Source: Candidatus Omnitrophota bacterium (GTDB taxonomy: Bacteria; Omnitrophota; Gorgyraeia; Zapsychrales; Fredricksoniimonadaceae). Taken from it: a stretch of 64,000 bases of DNA. Below are positions 20,254 through 30,015 of this stretch, one piece after another; position 1 is the stretch's first letter, and each line of letters starts with the position of its first letter. The notes beneath the pieces were generated by a model that had not been told where the DNA came from, did no database searches, and saw only the letters and a program-made list of their open reading frames with translations. The stretch covers positions 106,580 through 170,579 of the forward strand of contig CAIUQE010000037.1 in NCBI GenBank assembly GCA_903901225.1, given 5' to 3'. The position numbers and the translations under genes were made by a program.

Positions 20254-20997
20254 CTAATACTTGACCTCTTCGAGGCAAAGCCCCTGCGCCACCGCGGCCA
20301 GGCCCGCGGCCCTGCGGTCGCGGTCGTTGAGCATCTTTTTGATGCTGCCGCGCGGGAACCGGCCTGAAGCCACCTCCAGCAGGGTCCCCACCATATTGCG
20401 GACCATCTTGTACAAAAAACCATCCGCCTCAACGACGATACGGATAATGTCGCCGGACTTCGTGACCTGGAAGCGTTTGATGGTCCTGACGGCGTCACAT
20501 GCGCGCGAACGGTCGACATTCGCGAACGAAGAAAAGTCCTTCTTCCCGACGTACGCCCGCGCTTCTTCACGCATCAGTCTGATATTGAGCTGGCGCGGAA
20601 AATAACAGCAACGGTTTCGCTCAAGCGCCGAGGCATACGGACGATTAAGGATGGTGTACGAATATACCTTTGACCGGGCGCTGTGCTGGGCGTGGAATTT
20701 CGCGGAGACCAGTTGGGCATCCACAACGACCACATCGCGGGGAATATTATGGTTCAGCGCCCGCATGAGCTCTTCGGGCGGCATCTCTGTATCAACACGA
20801 AAATGCGCCACCTGCCCCCTGGCGTGGACGCCGCTGTCCGTGCGGCCTGAACCGATGCAGGGGATCCTGTCTTTCTTGAAGATCTTTGAAAGAGCTTTTT
20901 CCAGTTCGCCCTGGACGGTGCGGCGGGCATTGGCCTGGAGTTGCCAGCCGTTAAAATCCGTCCCGTCGTATTCGAGGGTAAGCTTGAAGGTCTTCAA
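20254..20997 (-). CDS. truA: tRNA pseudouridine(38-40) synthase
   Basis: YDGTDFNGWQ, GSGRTDSGVHARGQ, FLYKMVRNMVG. Confidence 0.96.
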   Translation of the reverse strand: MKTFKLTLEYDGTDFNGWQLQANARRTVQGELEKALSKIFKKDRIPCIGSGRTDSGVHARGQVAHFRVDTEMPPEELMRALNHNIPRDVVVVDAQLVSAKFHAQHSARSKVYSYTILNRPYASALERNRCCYFPRQLNIRLMREEARAYVGKKDFSSFANVDRSRACDAVRTIKRFQVTKSGDIIRIVVEADGFLYKMVRNMVGTLLEVASGRFPRGSIKKMLNDRDRRAAGLAAVAQGLCLEEVKY

Positions 20998-21008
20998 ACA
21001 ATGAACCC

Positions 21009-21992
21009 CTAAAGGAGCTTGTAGCCGATCAGCGTCTCCGCGATCTGCACAGCATTGAGCGCCGCGCCCTTGCGGAGATTGTCAGAGACAACCCACATGT
21101 TGATGCCGTTGGGGATGGATTCGTCCTCACGGATACGGCCCACAAAGGTCTCATCCTTACCGTCCGCGTCAATGGGCATGGGATATTTTTTCCGCGCGGG
21201 ATCATCAACAACCTTGACGCCGGGGGCCTTGGATAAGAGCCTGATGACATCCGCGCGCGTCAGCTTCTTTTGCGTTTCAATGTTGACGGATTCGGAGTGC
21301 GCGTTAAATACAGGCACGCGCACGCATGTTGCCGTGACGCGCATCTTCTCGTCGTGGAGGATCTTGCGCGTTTCGTTGACCATTTTCATCTCTTCCTTCG
21401 TGTAATGGTTCTCAACGAAAACATCGATCTGCGGGATCAGGCTGTGCAGGATCTGGTACGCCAGTTTTTTGGGGACCAGGTCGCCTTTCAGCTGATTCTT
21501 CATTTCCTCAATGGCCTCGGAACCCGCCCCCGAAATGGCCTGGTAGGTCGACACCACAATACGCTTGATCTTCGCATGGTCATGCAGGGGCTTGAGCGCG
21601 ACCACCATCTGTATCGTTGAACAGTTGGGATTCGCGATGATGCCCTTGTGCCACTTCACGTCTTCAGGATTCACCTCGGGAACAACGAGCGGGACATCCT
21701 TGTCCATGCGAAACTGGCTCGTGTTGTCAATGACAACCGCGCCGACCCTTGCCGCCACCGGCGACCAGACCTTGCTGATCTCGGCGCCAGGAGAACTGAG
21801 GACGATATCGACACCCTTGAAAACATTTTCATCGAGCGGCAGCAACGGGAGCCCGTGCATCTTCCCCTTGGCGCCGCTGGGCGAAATAAGCCGCAACTCC
21901 CTGACGGGGAATTTACGCTCCTTGACGATATCATACATGCATTGGCCGACCGCGGAACGGGCGCCCAGGATAGCGACAACATACTTTTTCAT
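21009..21992 (-). CDS. asd: Aspartate-semialdehyde dehydrogenase
   Basis: IIANPNCSTIQM, TYQAISGAG, TCVRVPV, DNLRKGAALNAVQIAE. Confidence 0.97.
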   Translation of the reverse strand: MKKYVVAILGARSAVGQCMYDIVKERKFPVRELRLISPSGAKGKMHGLPLLPLDENVFKGVDIVLSSPGAEISKVWSPVAARVGAVVIDNTSQFRMDKDVPLVVPEVNPEDVKWHKGIIANPNCSTIQMVVALKPLHDHAKIKRIVVSTYQAISGAGSEAIEEMKNQLKGDLVPKKLAYQILHSLIPQIDVFVENHYTKEEMKMVNETRKILHDEKMRVTATCVRVPVFNAHSESVNIETQKKLTRADVIRLLSKAPGVKVVDDPARKKYPMPIDADGKDETFVGRIREDESIPNGINMWVVSDNLRKGAALNAVQIAETLIGYKLL

Positions 21993-22004
21993 GACAACAA
22001 CTCC

Positions 22005-23060
22005 TTACAGGTGCTTGACAACAAGATCGCCGACTTCCGTCGTGGAATAACCCATCTTCCCCGCGGCCAGGTCCTTGATCTTCGTGGTAACGACCAGGCG
22101 GATGGACGCCTCGATGGCATCGGCCGCTTTGGCTTCACCCAGCTGGCGCAACAACATGGCCCCGGCGCCGATGGCCGCCAACGGGTTGATCACGTTTTTG
22201 CCGGTGTACTTGGGAGCCGAACCGCCGATAGGCTCGAACATCGAAACCCCCTGAGGGTTGATGTTGCCGCCCGCCGCGATCCCCATCCCGCCCTGGATCA
22301 TGGCGGCGAGATCGGTGATGATATCGCCGAACATGTTGTCCGTCACGATAACGTCGAACCACTCGGGGTTCTTCACAAACCACATCGTGATGGCGTCGAC
22401 GTGCGCGTAGTCGGTCTTGATATCGGGATATTCCTTCCCGACCTCCTGAAAAGTCCGCAGCCACAGGTCAAAGGCAAAGGTCAGCACATTGGTCTTGCCG
22501 CATAAAGTCAATTGTTTCTTCTTGCCGTATTTGCGGGTGAACTCATAGGCGTAACGCACGCAGCGCTCGATACCAAACCGGGTGTTGATGCTTTCCTGGA
22601 TGGCAACTTCCTGGGGCGTCCCTTTGAAAAGACTGCCGCCCGCGCCCGCGTAAAGGCCTTCGGAATTCTCACGCACGACGGTAAAATCAATATCCGCGGG
22701 TTTCTTGCCTTTCAAGGGGCAAAAACGGTCGTCAAACAACTGCACGGGGCGCAGGTTGATATACTGGTTAAGGTCAAAACGGAGCTTCAGCAGTATCCCC
22801 TTCTCAAGGATACCCGGCTTGACATCCGGATGGCCGATGGCGCCGAGGAACATGGCGTCAAATTTCTTGAAATCCGCCACGGCTGACTCCGGCAGGACTT
22901 CACCGGTGCGCAGGTAGCGCTCACCGCCAAAATCAAAATTAACGGCCTCATACTTGAAAGAAAATTTTGAACCGGCAGCCTCCAGGACTTTCATCCCTTC
23001 CCGGACCACCTCAGGCCCTGTGCCGTCCCCCGGAATGACCGCGATCTTGTAATTCTTCAT
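22005..23060 (-). CDS. leuB: 3-isopropylmalate dehydrogenase (isocitrate/isopropylmalate family)
   Basis: [37 protein letters not shown]. Confidence 0.88.
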   Translation of the reverse strand: MKNYKIAVIPGDGTGPEVVREGMKVLEAAGSKFSFKYEAVNFDFGGERYLRTGEVLPESAVADFKKFDAMFLGAIGHPDVKPGILEKGILLKLRFDLNQYINLRPVQLFDDRFCPLKGKKPADIDFTVVRENSEGLYAGAGGSLFKGTPQEVAIQESINTRFGIERCVRYAYEFTRKYGKKKQLTLCGKTNVLTFAFDLWLRTFQEVGKEYPDIKTDYAHVDAITMWFVKNPEWFDVIVTDNMFGDIITDLAAMIQGGMGIAAGGNINPQGVSMFEPIGGSAPKYTGKNVINPLAAIGAGAMLLRQLGEAKAADAIEASIRLVVTTKIKDLAAGKMGYSTTEVGDLVVKHL

Positions 23061-23079
23061 GGTGTGTCGCTTTCTTTAA

Positions 23080-24324
23080 TTAACCCTGGAACCGTTTCAC
23101 GAGAATGGTCGCGTTATGGCCGCCAAACCCGAGGGAATTGGAAATGGCCACATCGACCTTAGCCCGGCGCGCCTCGTTGGGCACATAATCAAGGGTGCAG
23201 TCAGGGTCCGGTGTTGTATAGTTGATCGTCGGCGGGATTATCCCGTCGCGGATGGCCAAAGCGCAGGCCGCGAACTCGACCGCGCCGGCCGCCCCGAGCA
23301 AATGCCCCGTCATGGATTTGGTGGAACTGACCGCCAGCTTGCTGGCGTGCGCCCCAAAAGCCTTGTTGATCGCCAGCGATTCGATTTTGTCGTTCAGATA
23401 GGTCGAGGTGCCGTGCGCGTTGATGTAATCAACATCCTCAAGCTTGAGCCCGGCGTATTTGACGGCATCACGCATCGCGCGCGCCGCGCCTTCGCCGGAA
23501 TCTTCAGGTGCTGTTGAATGGAAGGCGTCGGACGTCTGCCCGAAACCGGCCACTTCAGCGATGATCGTAGCTCCGCGTTTCTGGGCATAGCCCAATTCCT
23601 CAAGCACCACAACGCACGCGCCTTCGCCCATGATGAACCCGTCACGGTCCTTATCAAAAGGCCGGCTGGCTTTTTCAGGCGCGTCGTTACGGGTCGAGAG
23701 GGCTTTTAACGCGCAAAAACCGCCCACGCCAAGGATGGAAATAGCCGCTTCAGTACCGCCGGCAAAAGCCGCGTCGATCTCGCCGTACTGGATCATCCGG
23801 AACGCGTCGCCGATGCAGGTCGTCCCTGTCGCGCAAGCCGTGACCGAACACGTGGCCGGACCTTTGGCGCCGGTCTCAATGGAAACCTGCCCCGCCGCCT
23901 CATTAATGATCATTTTAGGGATAAAGAACGGTGAGATGCGCCCAGGCCCTTTGTCCAGGAACTTCTGGTACTCTTCCTCGGCGGACCTGATACAGCCGAT
24001 GCCGGAACCGACCACAACGCCCACGCGATGAGGATCGACCTCCGCCATCTTGAAACGCGCGTTGATGACAGCCTCGCGCGCGGCCACAACCGCGTACTGG
24101 ATGAAAGGAGATATCTTGCGGGCATCCTTGGAATTGAAGTGCTTGTCCACCTCATACCCCTTCAGTTCTGCCGCGATCTTCGTGTCAAACGTGGACGCAT
24201 CGAACTTCGTGATGGGAGCGACACCGCTCTTTCCGGCGACAAGGGCCTTCCAGAAATCATCAAGCCCGTTCCCGACAGGTGAAAGCACGCCGATCCCTGT
24301 AACAACGACTCGCCTTTTTTCCAT
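23080..24324 (-). CDS. fabF: 3-oxoacyl-ACP synthase II
   Basis: [35 protein letters not shown]. Confidence 0.96.
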   Translation of the reverse strand: MEKRRVVVTGIGVLSPVGNGLDDFWKALVAGKSGVAPITKFDASTFDTKIAAELKGYEVDKHFNSKDARKISPFIQYAVVAAREAVINARFKMAEVDPHRVGVVVGSGIGCIRSAEEEYQKFLDKGPGRISPFFIPKMIINEAAGQVSIETGAKGPATCSVTACATGTTCIGDAFRMIQYGEIDAAFAGGTEAAISILGVGGFCALKALSTRNDAPEKASRPFDKDRDGFIMGEGACVVVLEELGYAQKRGATIIAEVAGFGQTSDAFHSTAPEDSGEGAARAMRDAVKYAGLKLEDVDYINAHGTSTYLNDKIESLAINKAFGAHASKLAVSSTKSMTGHLLGAAGAVEFAACALAIRDGIIPPTINYTTPDPDCTLDYVPNEARRAKVDVAISNSLGFGGHNATILVKRFQG

Positions 24325-24346
24325 AATAACGGCCCCTTAAAAATTT

Positions 24347-24373
24347 TTGCCCCGACAGATGATGTCGGGGCAA
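24347..24373 (-). terminator. Hairpin between acpP and fabF
   Basis: ttgccccgaca-gatga-tgtcggggcaa, 11-bp stem. Confidence 0.55.
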
Positions 24374-24409
24374 TTATTCAACTCAAACGTTCAAGTAGAA
24401 CCGCTCCCG

Positions 24410-24649
24410 TTACGCCTTGGCAGCCTTTTCCTCGATATACTTGATCGCATCGCCGACCTTGGTCATCTTTTCAGCGTCCTCGTCAGGAATTTCAACGCTG
24501 AATTCCTCTTCAAGGGCCATGATGAGCTCAACGGTATCAAGAGAATCGGCACCCAGGTCATCAATGAATGACGCCTCGGGCTTGACTTCCTCGATCTTGA
24601 CGCCCAACTGTTCCGCGATGATGGATTTCACTTTTTCTGCAACAGCCAT
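24410..24649 (-). CDS. acpP: Acyl carrier protein
   Basis: [20 protein letters not shown]. Confidence 0.98.
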   Translation of the reverse strand: MAVAEKVKSIIAEQLGVKIEEVKPEASFIDDLGADSLDTVELIMALEEEFSVEIPDEDAEKMTKVGDAIKYIEEKAAKA

Positions 24650-24693
24650 GCAAGCCTCCTTTTTACCTTCTTTACTTTTTCTTTAAGACCTTT

Positions 24694-25443
24694 TCAATAC
24701 ATGACCATGCCGCCGTCGACGAGGATCGTCTGGCCGGTGACATAATCAGCTTCTTTTGACGCCAGGAACAAACACACGTTCGCCACATCCGCGGGAAGTC
24801 CCATGCGGCCCAGCGGAACATTCTCAAGTATCTTGTTCTTCACCTCATCGCTCAGTTTGTCGGTCATGGCGGTCTTGATATACCCGGGGGCCACGGCATT
24901 GACCGTGATGCTGCGCGAGGCGAATTCACGCGCCAAAGACTTGGCCAGCGCGATAACACCGGCTTTGCTCGCGGCATAATTTGCCTGACCCGCGTTGCCC
25001 ATCACGCCGATCACGGAACCGATATTGATGATCTTGCCTTTGTGCGCCTTCAACATGGGCCTGGAAACCGCCTTGCAGGCGTTGAACGTGCCTTTAAGGT
25101 TGACACTGATGACCGCGTCCCATTCCTCTTCCTTCATGCGCAGGAAAAGGCCGTCACGGGTAATGCCGGCATTGTTCACTAATATATCGATACGGCCGTG
25201 CTTTTCAATGATCTTGGCCACACACTGGTCCACATCGGCAGAATTTGTCACATTGCAGGCAAACGCGTCAGCTTTATAACCCTTGGCCACAAGTTCAGCG
25301 GCCGTAGCCTGGCAATCTTCGATCTTGATATCGGAAATGATGACCAAAGCCCCTTCGCGGGCATAGGTTTCAGCGATCTCACGGCCAATGCCGCGCGCGG
25401 ATCCTGTGATCAAGGCGATCTCGTTGTTCAATCTCATGGTCAT
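24694..25443 (-). CDS. fabG: 3-oxoacyl-ACP reductase
   Basis: TGSARGIG, NNAGITRD, YAASK; upstream of acpP-fabF. Confidence 0.95.
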   Translation of the reverse strand: MTMRLNNEIALITGSARGIGREIAETYAREGALVIISDIKIEDCQATAAELVAKGYKADAFACNVTNSADVDQCVAKIIEKHGRIDILVNNAGITRDGLFLRMKEEEWDAVISVNLKGTFNACKAVSRPMLKAHKGKIINIGSVIGVMGNAGQANYAASKAGVIALAKSLAREFASRSITVNAVAPGYIKTAMTDKLSDEVKNKILENVPLGRMGLPADVANVCLFLASKEADYVTGQTILVDGGMVMY

Positions 25444-25508
25444 GAACCTTCCTTTTTGAAAATCAGGGTATATAGTAGCAACAAAAAGCCTATTGGCAAG
25501 AGAAATTT

Positions 25509-25979
25509 CTATCTTTCTTCGATCACTTCAGCGTCAACGGCCCCGCCTTTATTGATCGAAGGCCCGGGTGCCCCTGCGGGTGAAGTAGCCCCCACGGCCT
25601 GGTTCCCGGAAGAAAGGATATGCGCCTGGAATCCCCTGAGAACGAACCACCGGACCAGAACGCGGGTCAACGGGAAAACAAGGATCAGGCCCAGGATATC
25701 ACTGATAAACCCGGGCAGGACAAAAAGGACGCCCCCCAGGAAAACAAGCAAACCGTCGACCATTTCAACCGTAGGCGGCCGCCTTTCCGCCAGGGACGCC
25801 TGTATCCTCTGAAGGATCACCATCCCCTGGTGTTTGGCCAGCGAAGACCCCAGGACCGCGGAAGAGAACAATAGGAGAATCGTCTGAAGGACCCCTATCC
25901 TGGCGGCAACCTTGCCCATCACCACGAATTCCGCGTAAGGAAAGAACACAAGGAAGAACAAAAGGAGCAGGCAACCCAT
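25509..25979 (-). CDS. fxsA: FxsA family membrane protein
   Basis: FFPYAEF, GGVLFVLPGFISDILGL, C-terminal VDAEVIEE; ATG overlaps the folB stop. Confidence 0.85.
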   Translation of the reverse strand: MGCLLLLFFLVFFPYAEFVVMGKVAARIGVLQTILLLFSSAVLGSSLAKHQGMVILQRIQASLAERRPPTVEMVDGLLVFLGGVLFVLPGFISDILGLILVFPLTRVLVRWFVLRGFQAHILSSGNQAVGATSPAGAPGPSINKGGAVDAEVIEER

Positions 25980-26380
25980 CAGCAGCACCGTGTCGTGGTC
26001 ATCACCCTGGCACCCGATCTTTGGGCCGTCATCACAAGGGCGACGGCCCTGGCATCAGCCAAAACCCCGGCTTTCGAGATCGACACGGTGGCCGTAACGA
26101 TCCGAGGCTCTTCCATAATAAGATCTAGGATAAAAGCGGCAAGGCGCTCCAGCAGAAAGAACTTTGTCCCCGCGACCTTTTTCACAATAGCCGCATGAAT
26201 GGCCGCGTAATCGACCGCGTGCCCCAAAGCATCGGTGGTTGCGGCCAGGGACGCGTCATAATCAAAGGAAATATTGAGCACCAGCTCCTGCGGGGTCTCC
26301 CTTTCATGAGGCAAAGTCCCTATAATGACTTTGACCCTGGCATCTTTGATCGTGACCGTCGCGTTGGAAAAATGGCTCAT
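25979..26380 (-). CDS. folB: Dihydroneopterin aldolase / FolX-like protein
   Basis: [26 protein letters not shown]; coupled to folE. Confidence 0.8.
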   Translation of the reverse strand: MSHFSNATVTIKDARVKVIIGTLPHERETPQELVLNISFDYDASLAATTDALGHAVDYAAIHAAIVKKVAGTKFFLLERLAAFILDLIMEEPRIVTATVSISKAGVLADARAVALVMTAQRSGARVMTTTRCC

Positions 26381-26916
26381 CGGATAAGGCTGAGGAATTC
26401 GCTGCGGGTGGAACTGTTGGAACGGAACGTCCCCAGCATGCAGGAGGTCTTCATCACGGAGTTCTGTTTTTCGACACCCCGCATCATCATGCACAAATGC
26501 TGGGCGTCAATGACGACGCCGACGCCGCGGGCGTCCGTGTGTTCCATGATCGTGTCCGCCACCTGCTTGGTGAGGTTTTCCTGGATCTGGAAACGGCGGG
26601 CAAACACATCCACGATCCGCGCGATCTTGGAAAGGCCGAGGACCTTGCCGCGCGGGATATACCCGACGTGGCACTTGCCGAAGAACGGCAGGAGGTGATG
26701 CTCGCACATCGAGTACATCTCGATGTCCTTGACGATGATCATTTCGTCGTTGTCCGAATCAAAAATGGCGCCGTTGATGACCTTCTTGATATCCTGGTTA
26801 TAACCCGTGGTCAGGAATTCATACGCTTTCGCCGCGCGCCGCGGGGTCCCCTTGAGGCCGCCCCGGTTGAGGTCTTCGCCGACAGTCTTTAACAATTTGC
26901 GGAACACATCTTCCAT
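26377..26916 (-). CDS. folE: GTP cyclohydrolase I
   Basis: [33 protein letters not shown]. Confidence 0.97.
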   Translation of the reverse strand: MEDVFRKLLKTVGEDLNRGGLKGTPRRAAKAYEFLTTGYNQDIKKVINGAIFDSDNDEMIIVKDIEMYSMCEHHLLPFFGKCHVGYIPRGKVLGLSKIARIVDVFARRFQIQENLTKQVADTIMEHTDARGVGVVIDAQHLCMMMRGVEKQNSVMKTSCMLGTFRSNSSTRSEFLSLIR

Positions 26917-27024
26917 ACATATCCTTTGGAAATAATTTTCATCGATATTAGCACATGCGCCAGGTTTTCAATAGAAAAATCCCTTCCCCCTTGTTCTCGG
27001 ATGATCCCGTGTTATAATCGCAGC

Positions 27025-27828
27025 ATGTTACCGATATCTGATTACCATATGCACACACCCCTGTGCGGTCACGCGACAGGCGAACCCCAGGCCTACGCGA
27101 GGCGCGCGATCGAGGTCGGATTGAAGAAGATCGGGTTTTCCGACCACGCCCCCCTTGTGTCACACAATGACCGTTCCATCACGATGGACCATTCGCAACT
27201 GCCCATTTACCACCACATGATCGAAAGCGTGCGCTCCGAATTTGAGGACGATCTGGAGGTCATTGTCGGGATCGAGGCGGATTTCATCCCCGGCTATGAG
27301 GAACTCACGCGCTCCATGCTCAGCGCCTATCCCTACGACTATGTGATCGGCTCCGTCCATTTCATCGAAAAATGGGGTTTTGACGACCCGATCCAGATGA
27401 AGGAATGGAACGCCCGGGATGTGAACGACGTTTACCGCGAGTACCACCGCCTGCTGCGCAAGAGTGCTTTGTCACGGTTGTTCGACGTGCTCGGGCATGT
27501 GGACCTTGTGAAAAAATTTGATTTCCACCCCACGGTGGACATCACGGCGGAGATCGAGGAGAACGCCCGCGTGTTCAAGAAGACCGGCGTCATTGTGGAA
27601 GTGAACAGCTCGGGCCTGCGCAAGCCCGCGAAAGAAATTTATCCTGCCCTGCACGACCTGAAGATCTACTGCGCCAAAGGGGTCCCGATCACGTTCGGCT
27701 CCGACGCCCATGACCCGCACGACGTCGGGCGAGATTTCGACAAGGCGCGCGACCTGGCCCTGGCCGCGGGGTACACCGAGTACGTCCTGCTCAAAGGCCG
27801 CAAGGTTTCACATACCGTTTTACTGTGA
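27025..27828 (+). CDS. Histidinol-phosphatase HisJ-family PHP hydrolase
   Basis: DYHMHTPLCGHA, GFSDHAP, DYVIGSVH, GHVDLVKK, EVNSSG, FGSDAH. Confidence 0.88.
   Translation: MLPISDYHMHTPLCGHATGEPQAYARRAIEVGLKKIGFSDHAPLVSHNDRSITMDHSQLPIYHHMIESVRSEFEDDLEVIVGIEADFIPGYEELTRSMLSAYPYDYVIGSVHFIEKWGFDDPIQMKEWNARDVNDVYREYHRLLRKSALSRLFDVLGHVDLVKKFDFHPTVDITAEIEENARVFKKTGVIVEVNSSGLRKPAKEIYPALHDLKIYCAKGVPITFGSDAHDPHDVGRDFDKARDLALAAGYTEYVLLKGRKVSHTVLL
27585..27828 (+). repeat. Direct repeat copy 1 (3' end of the PHP gene)
   Basis: 244 bp; 15 mismatches to 29091-29334 by manual alignment. Confidence 0.95.
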
Positions 27829-27919
27829 TTTATCCCAGTCACTTTCCCTGATCTTTCCTGACCTTTGTGTGTACCCTCTAGTAAACACATGTCTATTTAA
27901 GTAAACGACAACGTCATCA

Positions 27920-28327
27920 CTACTCCGGCAGTTTGGCCATTCCCCACTGATAAAATCGCTCAACTTGTTTTAAAATATCAAGCGCATCCGCCTGACGGAA
28001 ATCCCGTTCTTCATACTCAATGGCTGTTTTCTTCGCAAGGATCCTGGAATAATTCTTCGCCTGAGCCTCTACGCCATCGATGTTCACCCTGTAAAGAAGC
28101 TCCGCGGCCGTGGCATGATCCTCCCCAGCGGAACGTTGACCCAGATGACACACAGTGATCGCATCGTTAAGCGCGATCGCGCAATGAACCGCGTTGACAC
28201 CTAAAGCTGCCCAATATTCTTTTTGTTGCGCAACTTGCATCATTTCATACAACTGACTGGCTCGATCCAAAAAGATCGTATAACTGCTTTTTGCAACGAT
28301 CTTTACTTTCATCGACCTGGCATTCAT
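27920..28327 (-). CDS. HEPN-domain protein (MNT-HEPN partner)
   Basis: Helical 135 aa protein: AVHCAIALNDA, GQRSAGEDH, KKTAIEY; ATGA-coupled to an upstream MNT gene. Confidence 0.75.
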   Translation of the reverse strand: MNARSMKVKIVAKSSYTIFLDRASQLYEMMQVAQQKEYWAALGVNAVHCAIALNDAITVCHLGQRSAGEDHATAAELLYRVNIDGVEAQAKNYSRILAKKTAIEYEERDFRQADALDILKQVERFYQWGMAKLPE

Positions 28328-28950
28328 AGAAATGCCTCCAATTTTTTACCCCAAATTATTTTATTCGAATCCAAAGCCGCTTTAATAAACGACAGCCCCT
28401 CGGAGGATTTTTTACGAAATTCAGCAACTGAATAAATGTGTGCGTCTATACTTAACCCGACTTCCTGCAAGACAGAAACGTTGATATCCAGAAATAAGTC
28501 TTCCACAAGAGATCTTACTTTCTCACTGTTGATAAGCACAAGCAGATCAACATCACTCGTCGGACGCTCCTTTTTTTTATGAACGCTTCCAAACAAAGCT
28601 ACTGACACAATATCTTCTTTGATCCCAGAACCTTCTATTTTTTTATGAAATTCCGTCCAAAGATCCGACGGATAATCTCCTTCCGTCTTGAACATGGGTT
28701 TTAACACTTTTGCCACGACCCAATTCTTCGGGTTTAAGCCGTACGCGTGCACTGTACCAAAACCTTTCCTCTCCAGCACTCCTTCTTCATAAAGGTCCCG
28801 AAGAGCCACCCTGACAGTCGTTGTCGAAGCCTGCAGTAATTGCGCGACCTGTCTCCCGCTGGTCTCGCCCCCAACAGAACAAAACAATCGCAAGATCTTT
28901 ACTTTAGTCTCACTATTCAAAATTTTATTCAATGGTTTATTCAACCGCAT
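28324..28950 (-). CDS. Winged-HTH plus minimal nucleotidyltransferase (MNT) protein
   Basis: N-terminal HTH (SGRQVAQLLQASTTTVRVALRDL); LFGS-x10-DVD motif. Confidence 0.85.
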   Translation of the reverse strand: MRLNKPLNKILNSETKVKILRLFCSVGGETSGRQVAQLLQASTTTVRVALRDLYEEGVLERKGFGTVHAYGLNPKNWVVAKVLKPMFKTEGDYPSDLWTEFHKKIEGSGIKEDIVSVALFGSVHKKKERPTSDVDLLVLINSEKVRSLVEDLFLDINVSVLQEVGLSIDAHIYSVAEFRKKSSEGLSFIKAALDSNKIIWGKKLEAFL

Positions 28951-28982
28951 ATTAACTGCTTCCCATTTCTATGTTCCGCTTT

Positions 28983-29059
28983 CAGTTCATGTGTGCCATT
29001 TTCAGTCTACATGAACTGTTTTCGGTTCATAGGATATAATAAAAAATTACACTTGTCAA
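28983..29059 (-). promoter_or_regulatory. Promoter and palindromic operator of the MNT-HEPN operon
   Basis: TTGACA-17 nt-TATCCT (29059-29031); palindrome atgaactg-tttt-cggttcat at 29011-29030; a third half-site at 28983-28990. Confidence 0.6.
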
Positions 29060-29090
29060 GCCGGTCACTGTGACTGTCACTGCGCCTCCA

Positions 29091-29334
29091 CGGCCTCATT
29101 GTGGAAGTGAACAGCTCGGGACTGCGCAAGCCCGCGAAAGAAATTTATCCTGCTCTGCACGACCTGAAGATCTACTGCGCCAAAGGGGTCCCGATCACGT
29201 TCGGCTCCGACGCCCATGACCCGCACGACGTCGGGCGCGATTTCGACAAGGCGCGCGACCTGGCCCTGGCCGCGGGTTATAAAGAATACGTCCTGCTCAA
29301 GGGGCGCAAGGTCTCACATACTGTTTTGCTGTAA
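29091..29334 (+). pseudogene. Orphan duplicate of the PHP gene 3' end (direct repeat copy 2)
   Basis: Encodes ...VEVNSSGLRKP...KVSHTVLL*; lacks the N-terminal two thirds of the gene. Confidence 0.92.
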
Positions 29335-29339
29335 TTCCA

Positions 29340-29735
29340 TCAAAAATCCTGCAGAGCAACCACGATATTAGGAAAAGCCTTCAGAAGATATTTATCAGCT
29401 GTCGCAAGCTTGACCCCCAACATCTGCGCCAGGGCAACATATTCCGCGTCATACGCCGAGCACCCCCCATGGCAAGCGGTCTCCATGACCTGGGTGGATG
29501 GGACACTTTTTGTCCGCGGACTAAAAACAAGCTCCACCCTGACCGCAAGCTCGATGGCATCCTGACGAGCTAATTGTTTCGCGCGCACAAAACCCAGCAG
29601 GATATTCCTGAATTCCGACACCATGATCGGCGGGACGATCCAGACAGTATCCTTCCGGATCACCGCTTGCGCCAACGGCTGAAAAGGCCCCGGCAAATAA
29701 TAATACGCGACAAGATTCGCATCCGCGACGATCAT
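29340..29735 (-). CDS. vapC: PIN-domain toxin, VapC family
   Basis: MIVADAN, SEFRN, SAYDAEYVALA, LATAD acidic PIN residues. Confidence 0.9.
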   Translation of the reverse strand: MIVADANLVAYYYLPGPFQPLAQAVIRKDTVWIVPPIMVSEFRNILLGFVRAKQLARQDAIELAVRVELVFSPRTKSVPSTQVMETACHGGCSAYDAEYVALAQMLGVKLATADKYLLKAFPNIVVALQDF

Positions 29736-29971
29736 GCCTGGCCTTCTTTCTTGAAACGATCGATATCCTCGGGCAATGCCTCGCCCTTGAACGCATGGCG
29801 CATCAACGCCGCATCAAACGCCATCTGCTGGGCATCCAGCGGCACGAACCCTGTTGCCGTTTCAAGGCTGGAAATGATCTCATTGTTCAAACTGCGATGT
29901 CCCATAACGGCCCTGCGCTTTAAAACCTCATGCAACCGGCGCGGTATGTTCTTGACAGTAATATTGGCCAT
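29732..29971 (-). CDS. Ribbon-helix-helix (Arc/FitA-like) antitoxin
   Basis: MANITVKNIPRRLHEVLKRRAVMGHRSLNNEI; ATGA overlap with vapC. Confidence 0.85.
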   Translation of the reverse strand: MANITVKNIPRRLHEVLKRRAVMGHRSLNNEIISSLETATGFVPLDAQQMAFDAALMRHAFKGEALPEDIDRFKKEGQA

Positions 29972-29989
29972 GGCAAGCCCTCCTTGATA

Positions 29990-30015
29990 GAACCATAACA
30001 CAACCATTATGGTTC
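29990..30015. promoter_or_regulatory. Inverted-repeat operator upstream of the RHH-VapC operon
   Basis: gaaccataa-N8-ttatggttc, perfect 9-bp inverted repeat. Confidence 0.55.

Noticed and set aside
27585-29334. PHP 3'-end repeat pair as a diversity-generating retroelement template/variable repeat
   Set aside because: Mismatches are not adenine-specific in either copy and are mostly synonymous, and there is no reverse transcriptase in the window.
29101-29334. 77-aa ORF as an independent gene
   Set aside because: It is the duplicated tail of the PHP gene and lacks the N-terminal metal-binding motifs and an RBS.
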